A stretch of DNA of 64,000 nucleotides from the IMG/VR virus record IMGVR_UViG_3300012985_000010, positions 8,395 through 72,394 of that record; one strand, written 5' to 3'. Positions 56,503-64,000 of the stretch are shown here, piece after piece. Numbering within the stretch: the first letter of the stretch is position 1; each line of letters opens with the position of its first letter. The position numbers and the translations under genes were made by a program. Origin of the DNA: a virus. A model generated the notes under the pieces. It worked only from the letters and a program-made list of their open reading frames with translations. It was not told the origin of the DNA and did no database searches.

Positions 56503-58497
56503 ATGATCCCCGCACACCCCGAGGTCACGGTTGAGGGAAACCTCGACGGCAACAAGATCGCTATGAGCCTGGACGAGAACGCCACGGCTCACCTCATGTC
56601 TGTCCTCACGGACCTTTACTCTGACCCGGAGGCTGCGGTCATCCGTGAGTATTCGGTCAATGCCCGCGACTCTCACACCGAGGCTGGTCAGACCCGTCCC
56701 ATCGAGGTCCAGACCCCCGGCACGTTTTCGCAGGACTTCATTGTCCGTGACTTCGGCATCGGTCTTTCCGTGGACGAGATTACCGAGATTTACTCCAAGT
56801 ATGGCGCGAGCACGAAGCGCGGTACTGACGAGCAGACCGGAATGCTCGGCCTCGGCTGCAAGTCCGCTCTCACCTACGCGCCGACCTTTACCGTCACCGC
56901 TGTCAAGCATGGCGTGAAGGTCACGGTGCTGGTGGCGAAGAACGCTCAGGGCATCGGCGTCATGGAGGTCGTGGACACTGTTTCCACCGACGAGCACAAT
57001 GGCGTGGAGATTCGCATTCCCACGAAGCACGGCAACAACCTTGCCGAGAAGGCAAACGACTTCTTCCGCTTTTGGGAGAAGGGCACGGTGCTCGTCAACG
57101 GCAAGGAGCCGAAGCACATTGAGGGTATCGAGATTGAGCCGGGTATCCTGCTCTCTAACGACCTCGACGAGGACACGCTGCTCATGGGTGGAGTCGCTTA
57201 CCCTGTCCGTGAGAAGAATGCCTACCGCTACGAGCGCCCGCTGGGTCTGAACACGACCGGCAAGTTTCTCGTCACCGCGCCGATTGGCTCGGTCAACTTC
57301 ACGCCTGCGCGTGAGGAACTGCACTTCACCAATAAGACTCGGGCCTACATCGAGTCGGTGAAGAAGGGTCTAAAGGGCAAGGTCGAGAAGAAGGCGAACG
57401 CGGATATCGCTGCTTGCCAGACTCACGCCGAAGCCTTTTCGGAGGCGCAGCGTTGGAAGAAGGCTCTCGGCTGGAACTCGTCGGCCTGGGCGTTTTCCTA
57501 CAAGGGTGTGGCGATTCCTGAGCGTTTCGACGGCGAGTTTACCGTCGTCTCTGCTCGCTACGGATACGGGCGTCGTGGCACGCACAAGACCCGTTCGCTT
57601 TCCGCCGAGGAACTGGCGTCGAGCCTCATCATCACGGACTTCACCGCTGACAAGCCTACCCCCACGCAGCGGAAGAAGGCTGACCTTTACATCGAGGATA
57701 ACGCTCTCGACCTCGACCGGCTCGTTTTCGTCAAGGCTTCGACCATGACGAACCAGTGGGTCCAGATCAACGTCGTTCCTCTCGACACGATCAAGGCCGT
57801 CAAGATTCCGTCGAGCCCGAAGGTGGGCACGCCTGGATCGACGCGGACGCACCCGTACGACCTCCTGAACGAGCACGGCTCCACGGTGGAGACGAGCGCG
57901 ATCAAGAACAAGGTTGTTTACGGTTCGCCGTCTGACTGGAAGGGCGACAACTCTCGCCTTTACATGAAGAACCTTTACACCTACTTCCACGGCATCGGCT
58001 ACGACGTTGTGGTGATCGCAAAGAACCGCTGGGAGAAGTTTGAGCGTGACTTCCCCACCGCTGTCCGCATCGACCGTTTCTTGCAGAACGCATACGACAC
58101 GGCTCGGGACACCCTTTCGGAGTCGGGCCTGGTGCTTGCTAAGGCTTCCGACACCGACGTTGAGATTGCTCGGGCTGTTGCTAAGACTGGCATCGTCCTG
58201 AACGATCCCGCCCTGGTGACGTTCGCTAACCACGTCACCGATGCCACGGCTATTGCCGAGGTAAAGGCGCTGAACAAGATCGTGCAGGGAGCGCAGAACA
58301 TCGGCCTCTCTCACCGAGGCTGGCGCTCGGGGTCACTCGTCCACATGACGAGCCTGACCACCACGCTCAGTACGTCTGCCGCAACCGTTTACAAGGGCTA
58401 CGGACTCTGCTACCGTGGAGATAGCAGGTCAGACGCAACACACTTCGCCCTTTACATCAACGCCGTTCACGCGGCCACCAACAAGGAGATTTCATGA
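56503..58497 (+). CDS. rIIA: RIIA-like protein (N-terminal GHKL ATPase)
   Basis: LYSDP..VIREYSVNARDSH, VRDFGIGLS, YGASTK, GLGCKS, PAREEL. Confidence 0.9.
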   Translation: MIPAHPEVTVEGNLDGNKIAMSLDENATAHLMSVLTDLYSDPEAAVIREYSVNARDSHTEAGQTRPIEVQTPGTFSQDFIVRDFGIGLSVDEITEIYSKYGASTKRGTDEQTGMLGLGCKSALTYAPTFTVTAVKHGVKVTVLVAKNAQGIGVMEVVDTVSTDEHNGVEIRIPTKHGNNLAEKANDFFRFWEKGTVLVNGKEPKHIEGIEIEPGILLSNDLDEDTLLMGGVAYPVREKNAYRYERPLGLNTTGKFLVTAPIGSVNFTPAREELHFTNKTRAYIESVKKGLKGKVEKKANADIAACQTHAEAFSEAQRWKKALGWNSSAWAFSYKGVAIPERFDGEFTVVSARYGYGRRGTHKTRSLSAEELASSLIITDFTADKPTPTQRKKADLYIEDNALDLDRLVFVKASTMTNQWVQINVVPLDTIKAVKIPSSPKVGTPGSTRTHPYDLLNEHGSTVETSAIKNKVVYGSPSDWKGDNSRLYMKNLYTYFHGIGYDVVVIAKNRWEKFERDFPTAVRIDRFLQNAYDTARDTLSESGLVLAKASDTDVEIARAVAKTGIVLNDPALVTFANHVTDATAIAEVKALNKIVQGAQNIGLSHRGWRSGSLVHMTSLTTTLSTSAATVYKGYGLCYRGDSRSDATHFALYINAVHAATNKEIS

Positions 58498-59327
58498 CCA
58501 TGCGATACAGCATTACCAGCACCGAGAACGGCGAGTTCGCGGCTGCTATCATCGACGGTGACCTGTTCACCGCTCACGACACTCACCCCGGTTACTCGAC
58601 CATCGTGCAGAAGTTGCGCGACGGTGACGAGTCCGTTTCCAACGACTTCGACGCCACGAAGGCGGTTGCTGCTCGCTTTGAGCGCCTGACCGACCGCGTG
58701 ACTGTCGGTGGCGGTAACCTGTTCTTCGACGGTGACGCCGTGGACAACGCTCTGACGCGCCAGGTGCTTCGCTTCCTCGATGAGGGCGTGGAGGATTGGC
58801 AGCCGCTCGTCAACTTCTTTGAGAAGGCGAGCGCCAACCCGAACGAGCACAGCCGGGACCAGTTGTTCGATTGGCTCGGTCGCTTCGACTTCGCCATTAC
58901 CCCCGATGGTGACTTCATCGCCTACAAGGGTGTTCGCAAGACTGCTGACGGCTTTGAGTCGATCAGCCGTGGACCGGCGGTTGTTGACGGTATCCCCGTC
59001 AACGGTGCGGTTCCGAACAACCCCGGCAGCGTTGTCGAGATTGCCCGCTCGCGGGTGGTTCACGACCCGGCCACTGGTTGCGCCTCGGGTCTGCACGCTG
59101 GAACGTGGGACTACGCCTCGGGCTTCGCTCAGGGTGCCACGCTCACGGTGAAGATCAACCCCCGCGACGTGGTTTCCGTTCCGACGGACTGCGGCTGGCA
59201 GAAGATTCGCACCTGCCGCTACACGGTGATCGAGGTCACCGAGACTGCGATTGCTCGGGCTTTCGTGGATGACGACGACGAGGACGTTTACGGCCCGTCT
59301 GACATTCACGAGGTCGCTGGACTGTAA
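58494..59327 (+). CDS. rIIB: RIIB-like protein
   Basis: ITPDGDFIAYKGV, CASGLH, VKINPRDVVSVP, KIRTCRY; coupled to rIIA. Confidence 0.9.
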   Translation: MTMRYSITSTENGEFAAAIIDGDLFTAHDTHPGYSTIVQKLRDGDESVSNDFDATKAVAARFERLTDRVTVGGGNLFFDGDAVDNALTRQVLRFLDEGVEDWQPLVNFFEKASANPNEHSRDQLFDWLGRFDFAITPDGDFIAYKGVRKTADGFESISRGPAVVDGIPVNGAVPNNPGSVVEIARSRVVHDPATGCASGLHAGTWDYASGFAQGATLTVKINPRDVVSVPTDCGWQKIRTCRYTVIEVTETAIARAFVDDDDEDVYGPSDIHEVAGL

Positions 59328-59340
59328 CTCTCCGTTGGTG

Positions 59341-59370
59341 GGGGAGGGTGGCTGCGGGGCCACCCTCCCC
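59341..59370 (+). terminator. hairpin after rIIB
   Basis: 12-bp GC stem. Confidence 0.65.
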
Positions 59371-59485
59371 AAAACGGGCGACCCGCGCATAACAATCCAA
59401 TTACGATAGACATTCATTTTACCCAGGTATTTACATGTGTAATTGCCCATGAGATACTTGTTCCACCTAGAGGAAAGGACTTCCA

Positions 59486-59692
59486 GTGGTCACTACAATT
59501 ACCCCCCATAACCAAGGCGCTGCCTCCCGTATTGCCGTTCGATTGATGATGAATGGAATTGATTTTGAAATCAAGGGAGATACCATTGAGGCAGTAGGTA
59601 ATTTCGATAAGACGATGAAGGCTGTAGGGGTTGACGGTAGTGTTACTGATCTGGTAGACTACGCTCTCCATACCGGCGAGATCATGAGGTGA
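59486..59692 (+). CDS. hypothetical protein
   Basis: AAGGA RBS, GTG start. Confidence 0.65.
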   Translation: MVTTITPHNQGAASRIAVRLMMNGIDFEIKGDTIEAVGNFDKTMKAVGVDGSVTDLVDYALHTGEIMR

Positions 59693-59696
59693 TGAA

Positions 59697-60155
59697 GTGA
59701 AGTTCGAGAAGACCTACGAGACCCCGCGCCATCTGGCAGTTGCTGCTGGTCTGGCGCAATTCACCCGAGGCCGCATGGGTAAGCCTGCAATGGCCCTGAT
59801 CGCTGAGGCTCGAACCTCTGGTGTCACCTTCGACAACGAGACCAATCCGCCGGAGCCTTCGAAGCCTCGTGGTGAGAACGTTGCAGTGAAGAGTACCAGG
59901 ACCGGTGTGCCTGAGGTCGTGATCACTGACGCCATGCGTGACGGTTTCAGGTACGCGCGGAAGCCTTCGAGCACAGAGATTCGCCTCCCTACCTCCTACA
60001 AGGGCAAGACGGTTGAGGGATATACCGTGGGGTGGAGTTCTTGCAGTCGATGCACTCAGTACAGCACCTACTGTGCCTGTCCTGGTGGCCCTAAGCCTCC
60101 CTCCATCGTAGTTGAAATTACCGAGTCCACCATCTTGACCGACGCCCTCGACTAG
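59697..60155 (+). CDS. RGR-motif protein with C-terminal Cys cluster (paralogue of 53498..53722)
   Basis: YETPRHLAVAAGLAQFTRGRMG...AEARTSGVTF; CSRC...C.C. Confidence 0.75.
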   Translation: MKFEKTYETPRHLAVAAGLAQFTRGRMGKPAMALIAEARTSGVTFDNETNPPEPSKPRGENVAVKSTRTGVPEVVITDAMRDGFRYARKPSSTEIRLPTSYKGKTVEGYTVGWSSCSRCTQYSTYCACPGGPKPPSIVVEITESTILTDALD

Positions 60156-60169
60156 AGTAGGATGATCCC

Positions 60170-60445
60170 ATGATGAACCGTGATGAGAGCAAGGCAGCCG
60201 ACGCACTCGCTAAGGCTGTTTCCAACCGTGGATGGAATAGGCACGCCTTTTTCATCCGTGTCAGTGAAATGCCAGCCTATGTCATTCGTGAGATTTTCGG
60301 TCTGTTTGTCTCCTGGGTCCGTGTGATCGCAGAGGACAGCCGGAACGGTCAGCAGTATCACGTTTGGCCGGATGACGTTGCATCTGACGCTCGGATCATC
60401 TGGGATCGCATCTCCAATCTGTACGAGGATGAGCCTCGACTGTAG
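60170..60445 (+). CDS. hypothetical protein
   Basis: TTGACC/TAGGAT leaderless promoter. Confidence 0.7.
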   Translation: MMNRDESKAADALAKAVSNRGWNRHAFFIRVSEMPAYVIREIFGLFVSWVRVIAEDSRNGQQYHVWPDDVASDARIIWDRISNLYEDEPRL

Positions 60446-60465
60446 GAGACCGATCCCCTGGATCG

Positions 60466-60495
60466 GCCCCACCCCCTTCGGGGGGTGGGGCTTTT
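60466..60495 (+). terminator. intrinsic terminator ending the + strand block
   Basis: GC stem, TTCG loop, T-tail. Confidence 0.8.
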
Positions 60496-60585
60496 CGCAT
60501 GTGCGATGCGTGGCAAATTTGGCCCTAATTACGATAGGGTCGCATTTTCCCCAGGTATTACGATGGAAGGCATTTTTACCCAGGA

Positions 60586-60878
60586 TGTGGATAACCTGTG
60601 GATAACTTAAGTGAGTCATCACTCACAAAGTTGCTCTATTTACGATTGGCGCGGTATTTCACCTGTTCCTCTTGCAGTATAGGGGGGATAAGCCCTGTTA
60701 TGGAGAGGTTTTCCCATCATATAGCCCATAATGACTAGGTTTTAGGTCAGTTTTAGCCATTACGATGGCATCTTTAATATGCTCTATAACACCCCAATAG
60801 ATTTGTGAGTGATCACTTCCTTATAATTCAGTTATGTGGTGACTTACCCATCAGTATGTGGATAACATCTGGGGATAA
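60586..60878. promoter_or_regulatory. DnaA-box cluster
   Basis: TGTGGATAA at 60586, 60597, 60857; variants TGGGGATAA 60870, GGGGGATAA 60683. Confidence 0.7.
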
Positions 60879-61070
60879 CTCTCCTGTTTCGAAGTGTATC
60901 TCCAAGGGCTCAGGCTTAGCCATCAAGGCGTGATAGTCAGTCCATACGAACCCGTCAGCAAACCATCCTGTATGGTTCATTCTTGCCTGTAGTCTGTTGG
61001 CTCTCTTATCTATGTCGGAGAGGAAGCCTTTGGCTACCGGCCCGTTTTGATTAGCCTGGTCCAATTCCAT
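60828..61070 (-). CDS. hypothetical protein
   Basis: ORF overlapping the upstream gene end; start uncertain. Confidence 0.5.
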   Translation of the reverse strand: MELDQANQNGPVAKGFLSDIDKRANRLQARMNHTGWFADGFVWTDYHALMAKPEPLEIHFETGELSPDVIHILMGKSPHN

Positions 61071-61341
61071 AGGAGACTTCGTGACCCTTCTCATTGTAGT
61101 AACGGACACGTTGCTTGGTGCTAGCCTTACCAGCAAGTTTCTTCTCCCTCACCAATGACCTCCGGGTGAAGTAAGTCTCCACCCTCAGAGGGAAACAGAA
61201 CCTACCGTGGAGGTTCTGACGAGTACGCCAGCCATCCTTTGTAGCCTCCTGCAAGGCCACATGCCAGCGGTAAGACTTACGTCGTCTGTCCCAATGACGG
61301 GTGCAGATCGTCTTGTAATGTGAGTGCTCATCTAGGCTCAT
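61051..61341 (-). CDS. basic hypothetical protein
   Basis: GGAGG RBS, TAATG coupling. Confidence 0.65.
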   Translation of the reverse strand: MSLDEHSHYKTICTRHWDRRRKSYRWHVALQEATKDGWRTRQNLHGRFCFPLRVETYFTRRSLVREKKLAGKASTKQRVRYYNEKGHEVSYGIGPG

Positions 61342-61727
61342 TATTTCCCTCCTAGCATGAAGACGTGGGGGTTACCCTGAACAATATTCAGAGCCCCGTT
61401 CAGGCTTTGCTTAGCCTTGGTTACCTCACGCTCAACAGCAGCATGAGCAGCCTTCTCAGTAGAAGCCCTAACCAAGATCATTTCCTTCTTATTGAAGTAA
61501 CGAAGATGATCATGAATGAGATCGCTCACCTGATCAATATGCACTACTACAGGGAGCCACCATGCTTCCTCATGCCTATCGTCATTGGCTCTCCATGCAA
61601 GAGAGTAGACCACAGCGACCGGGCCGACTAGATCCGGCAATTCCGGCGTTTCTTCAACCCCGGCGTTTTCCGGCGTTTTCGGCGTTTCTACCGGCGTTTC
61701 TGCCTGTCGATTAAATCCTCTAAACAT
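61341..61727 (-). CDS. hypothetical protein
   Basis: TAATG coupling; N-terminal ETP repeats. Confidence 0.7.
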   Translation of the reverse strand: MFRGFNRQAETPVETPKTPENAGVEETPELPDLVGPVAVVYSLAWRANDDRHEEAWWLPVVVHIDQVSDLIHDHLRYFNKKEMILVRASTEKAAHAAVEREVTKAKQSLNGALNIVQGNPHVFMLGGK

Positions 61728-62011
61728 TATGGCCTCAACCCCTCAATCAGTGTCTTAATGTGTGCCAACTGTTCGGCAATTTCCTTACGAATCTCAAACT
61801 CATCAGACCATCCGGTTTCACAGGCAGGTTCAGTCTGACACCCAGACCCACAGATGCCAGTCTTATTACGCCAAGGGCAATCCAGCATGGCATACAGGTA
61901 AGCCAACTCCTGAGAGGCGTCCTCTAACTCCTGATAATCCCAACCGATCATTTTAGCCTGAGTGATATAGGTGTCGAGGTGACGGAAATACTTCTCCTGG
62001 GCGCTAGGCAT
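61727..62011 (-). CDS. hypothetical protein with Cys cluster
   Basis: TAATG-coupled ATG at 62011. Confidence 0.65.
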   Translation of the reverse strand: MPSAQEKYFRHLDTYITQAKMIGWDYQELEDASQELAYLYAMLDCPWRNKTGICGSGCQTEPACETGWSDEFEIRKEIAEQLAHIKTLIEGLRP

Positions 62012-62256
62012 TAGAATCCTCTCATCCATCCACCAAAGAACACGAAGTCTACCACAGAGTCGACAGCCCTGTAAAGACGGCCAGGTCCCTTGGTAATGTC
62101 CGTCTGTAGGACTCCCTGGGCTCCGTCCCAGATAAACTTCTGGCCTCGACCGTTGAAGTATTCCTCTCCGACCTCGGGGGGCCAGGAGCCGCACAGGAGA
62201 ATGCCTGCTGGCGTTTCCACAGCAGATCCACAAACGTTTCCAGTGGTGTCATTCAT
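62011..62256 (-). CDS. hypothetical protein
   Basis: GGAGAGGG RBS, ATGA coupling. Confidence 0.6.
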   Translation of the reverse strand: MNDTTGNVCGSAVETPAGILLCGSWPPEVGEEYFNGRGQKFIWDGAQGVLQTDITKGPGRLYRAVDSVVDFVFFGGWMRGF

Positions 62257-62585
62257 ACCATTCCCTCTCCGTGACAGGTACCACACTCATTTTCCTGACC
62301 ACCATTCCAATTACACCCCCAGCCATGACAGGAAGGGCAGTCCTTCCTACCAAAGCAAGGTTCAAGATCATCACGCAGATGCTCACCGTCAAGGACAGCA
62401 GAGCCACACGCTAGACACACACCTTTATCCACAGCAGGGTCCTTCACCTTAGGATCAAACAATTCATTCCCGAAAGGGATAGACGTACGACTCAACAGAC
62501 CCTCCCTCCACAGGTTATAGATCATCGACGGACACGGCTTATGAGGACAAACCTTCTGATGCTCATGCCACAACTCCGACTCCAT
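62253..62585 (-). CDS. Cys-rich protein with DnaJ-type zinc finger motifs
   Basis: CPSCHGWG and CGTCHGEG (CxxCxGxG). Confidence 0.7.
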   Translation of the reverse strand: MESELWHEHQKVCPHKPCPSMIYNLWREGLLSRTSIPFGNELFDPKVKDPAVDKGVCLACGSAVLDGEHLRDDLEPCFGRKDCPSCHGWGCNWNGGQENECGTCHGEGMV

Positions 62586-62731
62586 CAGAAACAAACCTCA
62601 TGCTGAGGACAGTCCAGCCTATGCTGCAACCCATCACAATCACACTCATCAGGCTCACGGATACGTTCAAGACGCTTCACGATACACCCCTTTTCCTGAC
62701 AGGTCTGCAACCTACCCTCACAACACGGCAT
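62585..62731 (-). CDS. 48-aa Cys-rich peptide
   Basis: AGGAGG RBS; MPCCEGRLQTCQEKGC...; TGATG-coupled to the next gene. Confidence 0.6.
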   Translation of the reverse strand: MPCCEGRLQTCQEKGCIVKRLERIREPDECDCDGLQHRLDCPQHEVCF

Positions 62732-62879
62732 TTTTCCTCCTAAATAGACCAGGCTTCACAGACCTGGCATGAGGTCCCGCTGACTCGGCCTCAATGGCCG
62801 CATATGATCTCAACCGATCCAGTCTTTATGGGGACAACACCGCGAATGGGATACACTACCTATTTTTCGAGCGGCTGCG

Positions 62880-63083
62880 CTATACGCGCCATACCTTCTC
62901 ATTGGTAGGTGCTAGCATTTTCTGAGTAATACGATGAGCCTTACGCTTAGCACCGCGCCGGGTGTAGCAGTAGCCGTGGTAATGGAACAGAGAGCCCTCA
63001 CGCTTTACGCTGTAGAACCAGCCACGCCCAATCGTGGGGGACTGGTAAATCTTGACGATGATATCTCTGGCGTCTTCCATCAC
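62880..63083 (-). CDS. hypothetical protein
   Basis: coupled ORF. Confidence 0.6.
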   Translation of the reverse strand: MMEDARDIIVKIYQSPTIGRGWFYSVKREGSLFHYHGYCYTRRGAKRKAHRITQKMLAPTNEKVWRV

Positions 63084-63388
63084 TTACCCACCCTTTCGAG
63101 GATATTGATAGCCTTGACATATGCTTCGCGGGCACCCCAATAGTGGTTAGCCAGGGCGGTATTGTCACGCTCCTGCCAGTAAAGTGCCTGGGTGTGCGCG
63201 TCATCACGCAGACCACGCAGTTCAGTGTTCTTGTCAGCGACCCACAGACCACACTCTACAATCGCACCGGAGATATCCGTGCGAAGGTCAGAGCCGTTGC
63301 CGCCGTTCTCGATCACAGCAAAGGCTGAGTAGCCCATACGCTGAATGAATCGTTCAACCAGGGCCGGGTCTACACCGTGCAGTTCCAT
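63080..63388 (-). CDS. hypothetical protein
   Basis: GAGGA RBS; TTGACA and TGTATGAT upstream. Confidence 0.7.
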   Translation of the reverse strand: MELHGVDPALVERFIQRMGYSAFAVIENGGNGSDLRTDISGAIVECGLWVADKNTELRGLRDDAHTQALYWQERDNTALANHYWGAREAYVKAINILERVGK

Positions 63389-63447
63389 GTTGGTCCTCTC
63401 GTAGTTGGTAGTTCTAGTCTAGCGGATCATACAATGCCTGTCAACAG

Positions 63448-63486
63448 CCTAGGACCGGCCCTGATGCTTCAAGGGCCGGTCCTAGG
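63448..63486 (-). terminator. 15-bp stem terminator
   Basis: CCTAGGACCGGCCCT / AGGGCCGGTCCTAGG. Confidence 0.7.
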
Positions 63487-63492
63487 TGCTAA

Positions 63493-64000
63493 TTACTCAG
63501 CGAGTTGCTTAGCCTTCGCGCCAGCAGGGGCGTTCAGACGAGGAACGTCAATCGGAAGCGGCTGGTCAGACCAGACGTAATCGAGGTTAGTCGAAACGTA
63601 CGCTCCCTCGGTGGTGAAGAAGAAGATGCCGTCCTCATTAGGACCATACGAGCCATCGTCACCGGGCGCATTTACAGTACCCCAGGTGCAGTCACCCGAG
63701 TTATTACACTTACGAACGATCAACTGGTCAGTCGTCATCTGCGAAGCATTAGAAGAAACCTTACCCTTTACAGAGTAGTAACCAACGATCTTGCCGTAGT
63801 TCATGATGTAAACGTAACCCAGGAGGGTCTTGTTCTCCGTGCGAAGCAACTTCTCACGGATGTTCTGGCGCTCGGCAGAGCCCTTCAACTGCTCCTTGGG
63901 ATAAGGAACCGCCTTAGACTGCTGATCGAAAGCCTCTTCGGTCAACTTCTGACCCTCATTCTGCGCCTTGGAACCAGCGCCACCCGTACAGGCGGTCAGG
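63493..64000 (-). CDS. putative lipoprotein (5' end outside window)
   Basis: frame open to the edge; LTAC lipobox upstream of the ORF-track start. Confidence 0.7.
   Translation of the reverse strand, partial: LTACTGGAGSKAQNEGQKLTEEAFDQQSKAVPYPKEQLKGSAERQNIREKLLRTENKTLLGYVYIMNYGKIVGYYSVKGKVSSNASQMTTDQLIVRKCNNSGDCTWGTVNAPGDDGSYGPNEDGIFFFTTEGAYVSTNLDYVWSDQPLPIDVPRLNAPAGAKAKQLAE

Larger units (their letters stand above)
50715..59406 (+). repeat. dispersed intergenic motif (G)CG-N3-CG-N15-TTACGA, 12 copies
   Basis: starts at 50715, 50977, 51383, 51723, 52179, 52891 (N16), 53409, 53870, 54917, 56335, 56383, 59378. Confidence 0.9.

Noticed and set aside
56503-59327. Repeated CTT-TAC/GTT-TAC and GAT-ATC codon pairs suggesting restriction-site avoidance
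   Set aside because: Counter-examples (TCTAC, GATGTC) occur nearby; cannot be supported without k-mer statistics
50715-59406. Motif array as a CRISPR array or integron attC cassette array
   Set aside because: Copies are separated by whole genes at irregular distances, there are no identical repeats, no RYYYAAC/GTTRRRY pairs, and no cas or integrase gene in the window
56380-59450. Long - strand ORFs (314, 314 and 327 aa) opposite rIIA/rIIB
   Set aside because: Antisense shadows of GC-rich, codon-biased genes; no RBS or recognisable motifs
60611-60820. CRP/GlxR sites
   Set aside because: GTGA...TCAC spacing is 4 or 8 nt rather than 6; kept only as an inverted repeat
62740-62880. Possible tRNA or ncRNA in the gap
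   Set aside because: No cloverleaf, T-loop or convincing stems; I recognised no tRNA anywhere in the window

Overview
This 64-kb window is part of a large, apparently lytic actinobacteriophage with siphovirus-type genes, organised much like Streptomyces cluster BE/BK phages. From 1 to 45 kb, all on the - strand, it carries a replication/recombination module (RecA, MazG-like, DnaE, SSB, primase, DnaB), a holin-like gene, a phosphoesterase and an HNH gene. It then carries the tail, head and portal genes (no terminase in the window), a CHAP endolysin, class II RNR and a GT4 glycosyltransferase. From 45 to 60.5 kb, mostly on the + strand, come a transglycosylase and ThyX, then a GC-richer early-type region (about 48.8-60.5 kb) of small, separately transcribed cassettes, including GP88-like and rIIA/rIIB genes. 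From 60.8 to 64 kb small - strand genes converge on a non-coding block. The most striking unexplained structure is regulatory. (1) Twelve same-strand copies of a bipartite motif, (G)CG-N3-CG-N15-TTACGA, fill most inter-cassette gaps of the early region, and their spacing to the downstream -10 box is helically phased. (2) Six or seven early promoters match the actinobacterial PafBC-dependent DNA-damage promoter (RecA-NDp, TGTCRGTG-N8-TAnnnT). (3) The same gaps hold WhiA-like and MtrA/GlnR-like boxes, and the convergence zone holds perfect DnaA boxes. I also noted two candidate structured ncRNAs, ArfA-like and L7/L12-like translation-factor mimics, and two genes that appear to start with ATT. 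All assignments come from reading the sequence by eye; no searches were run.
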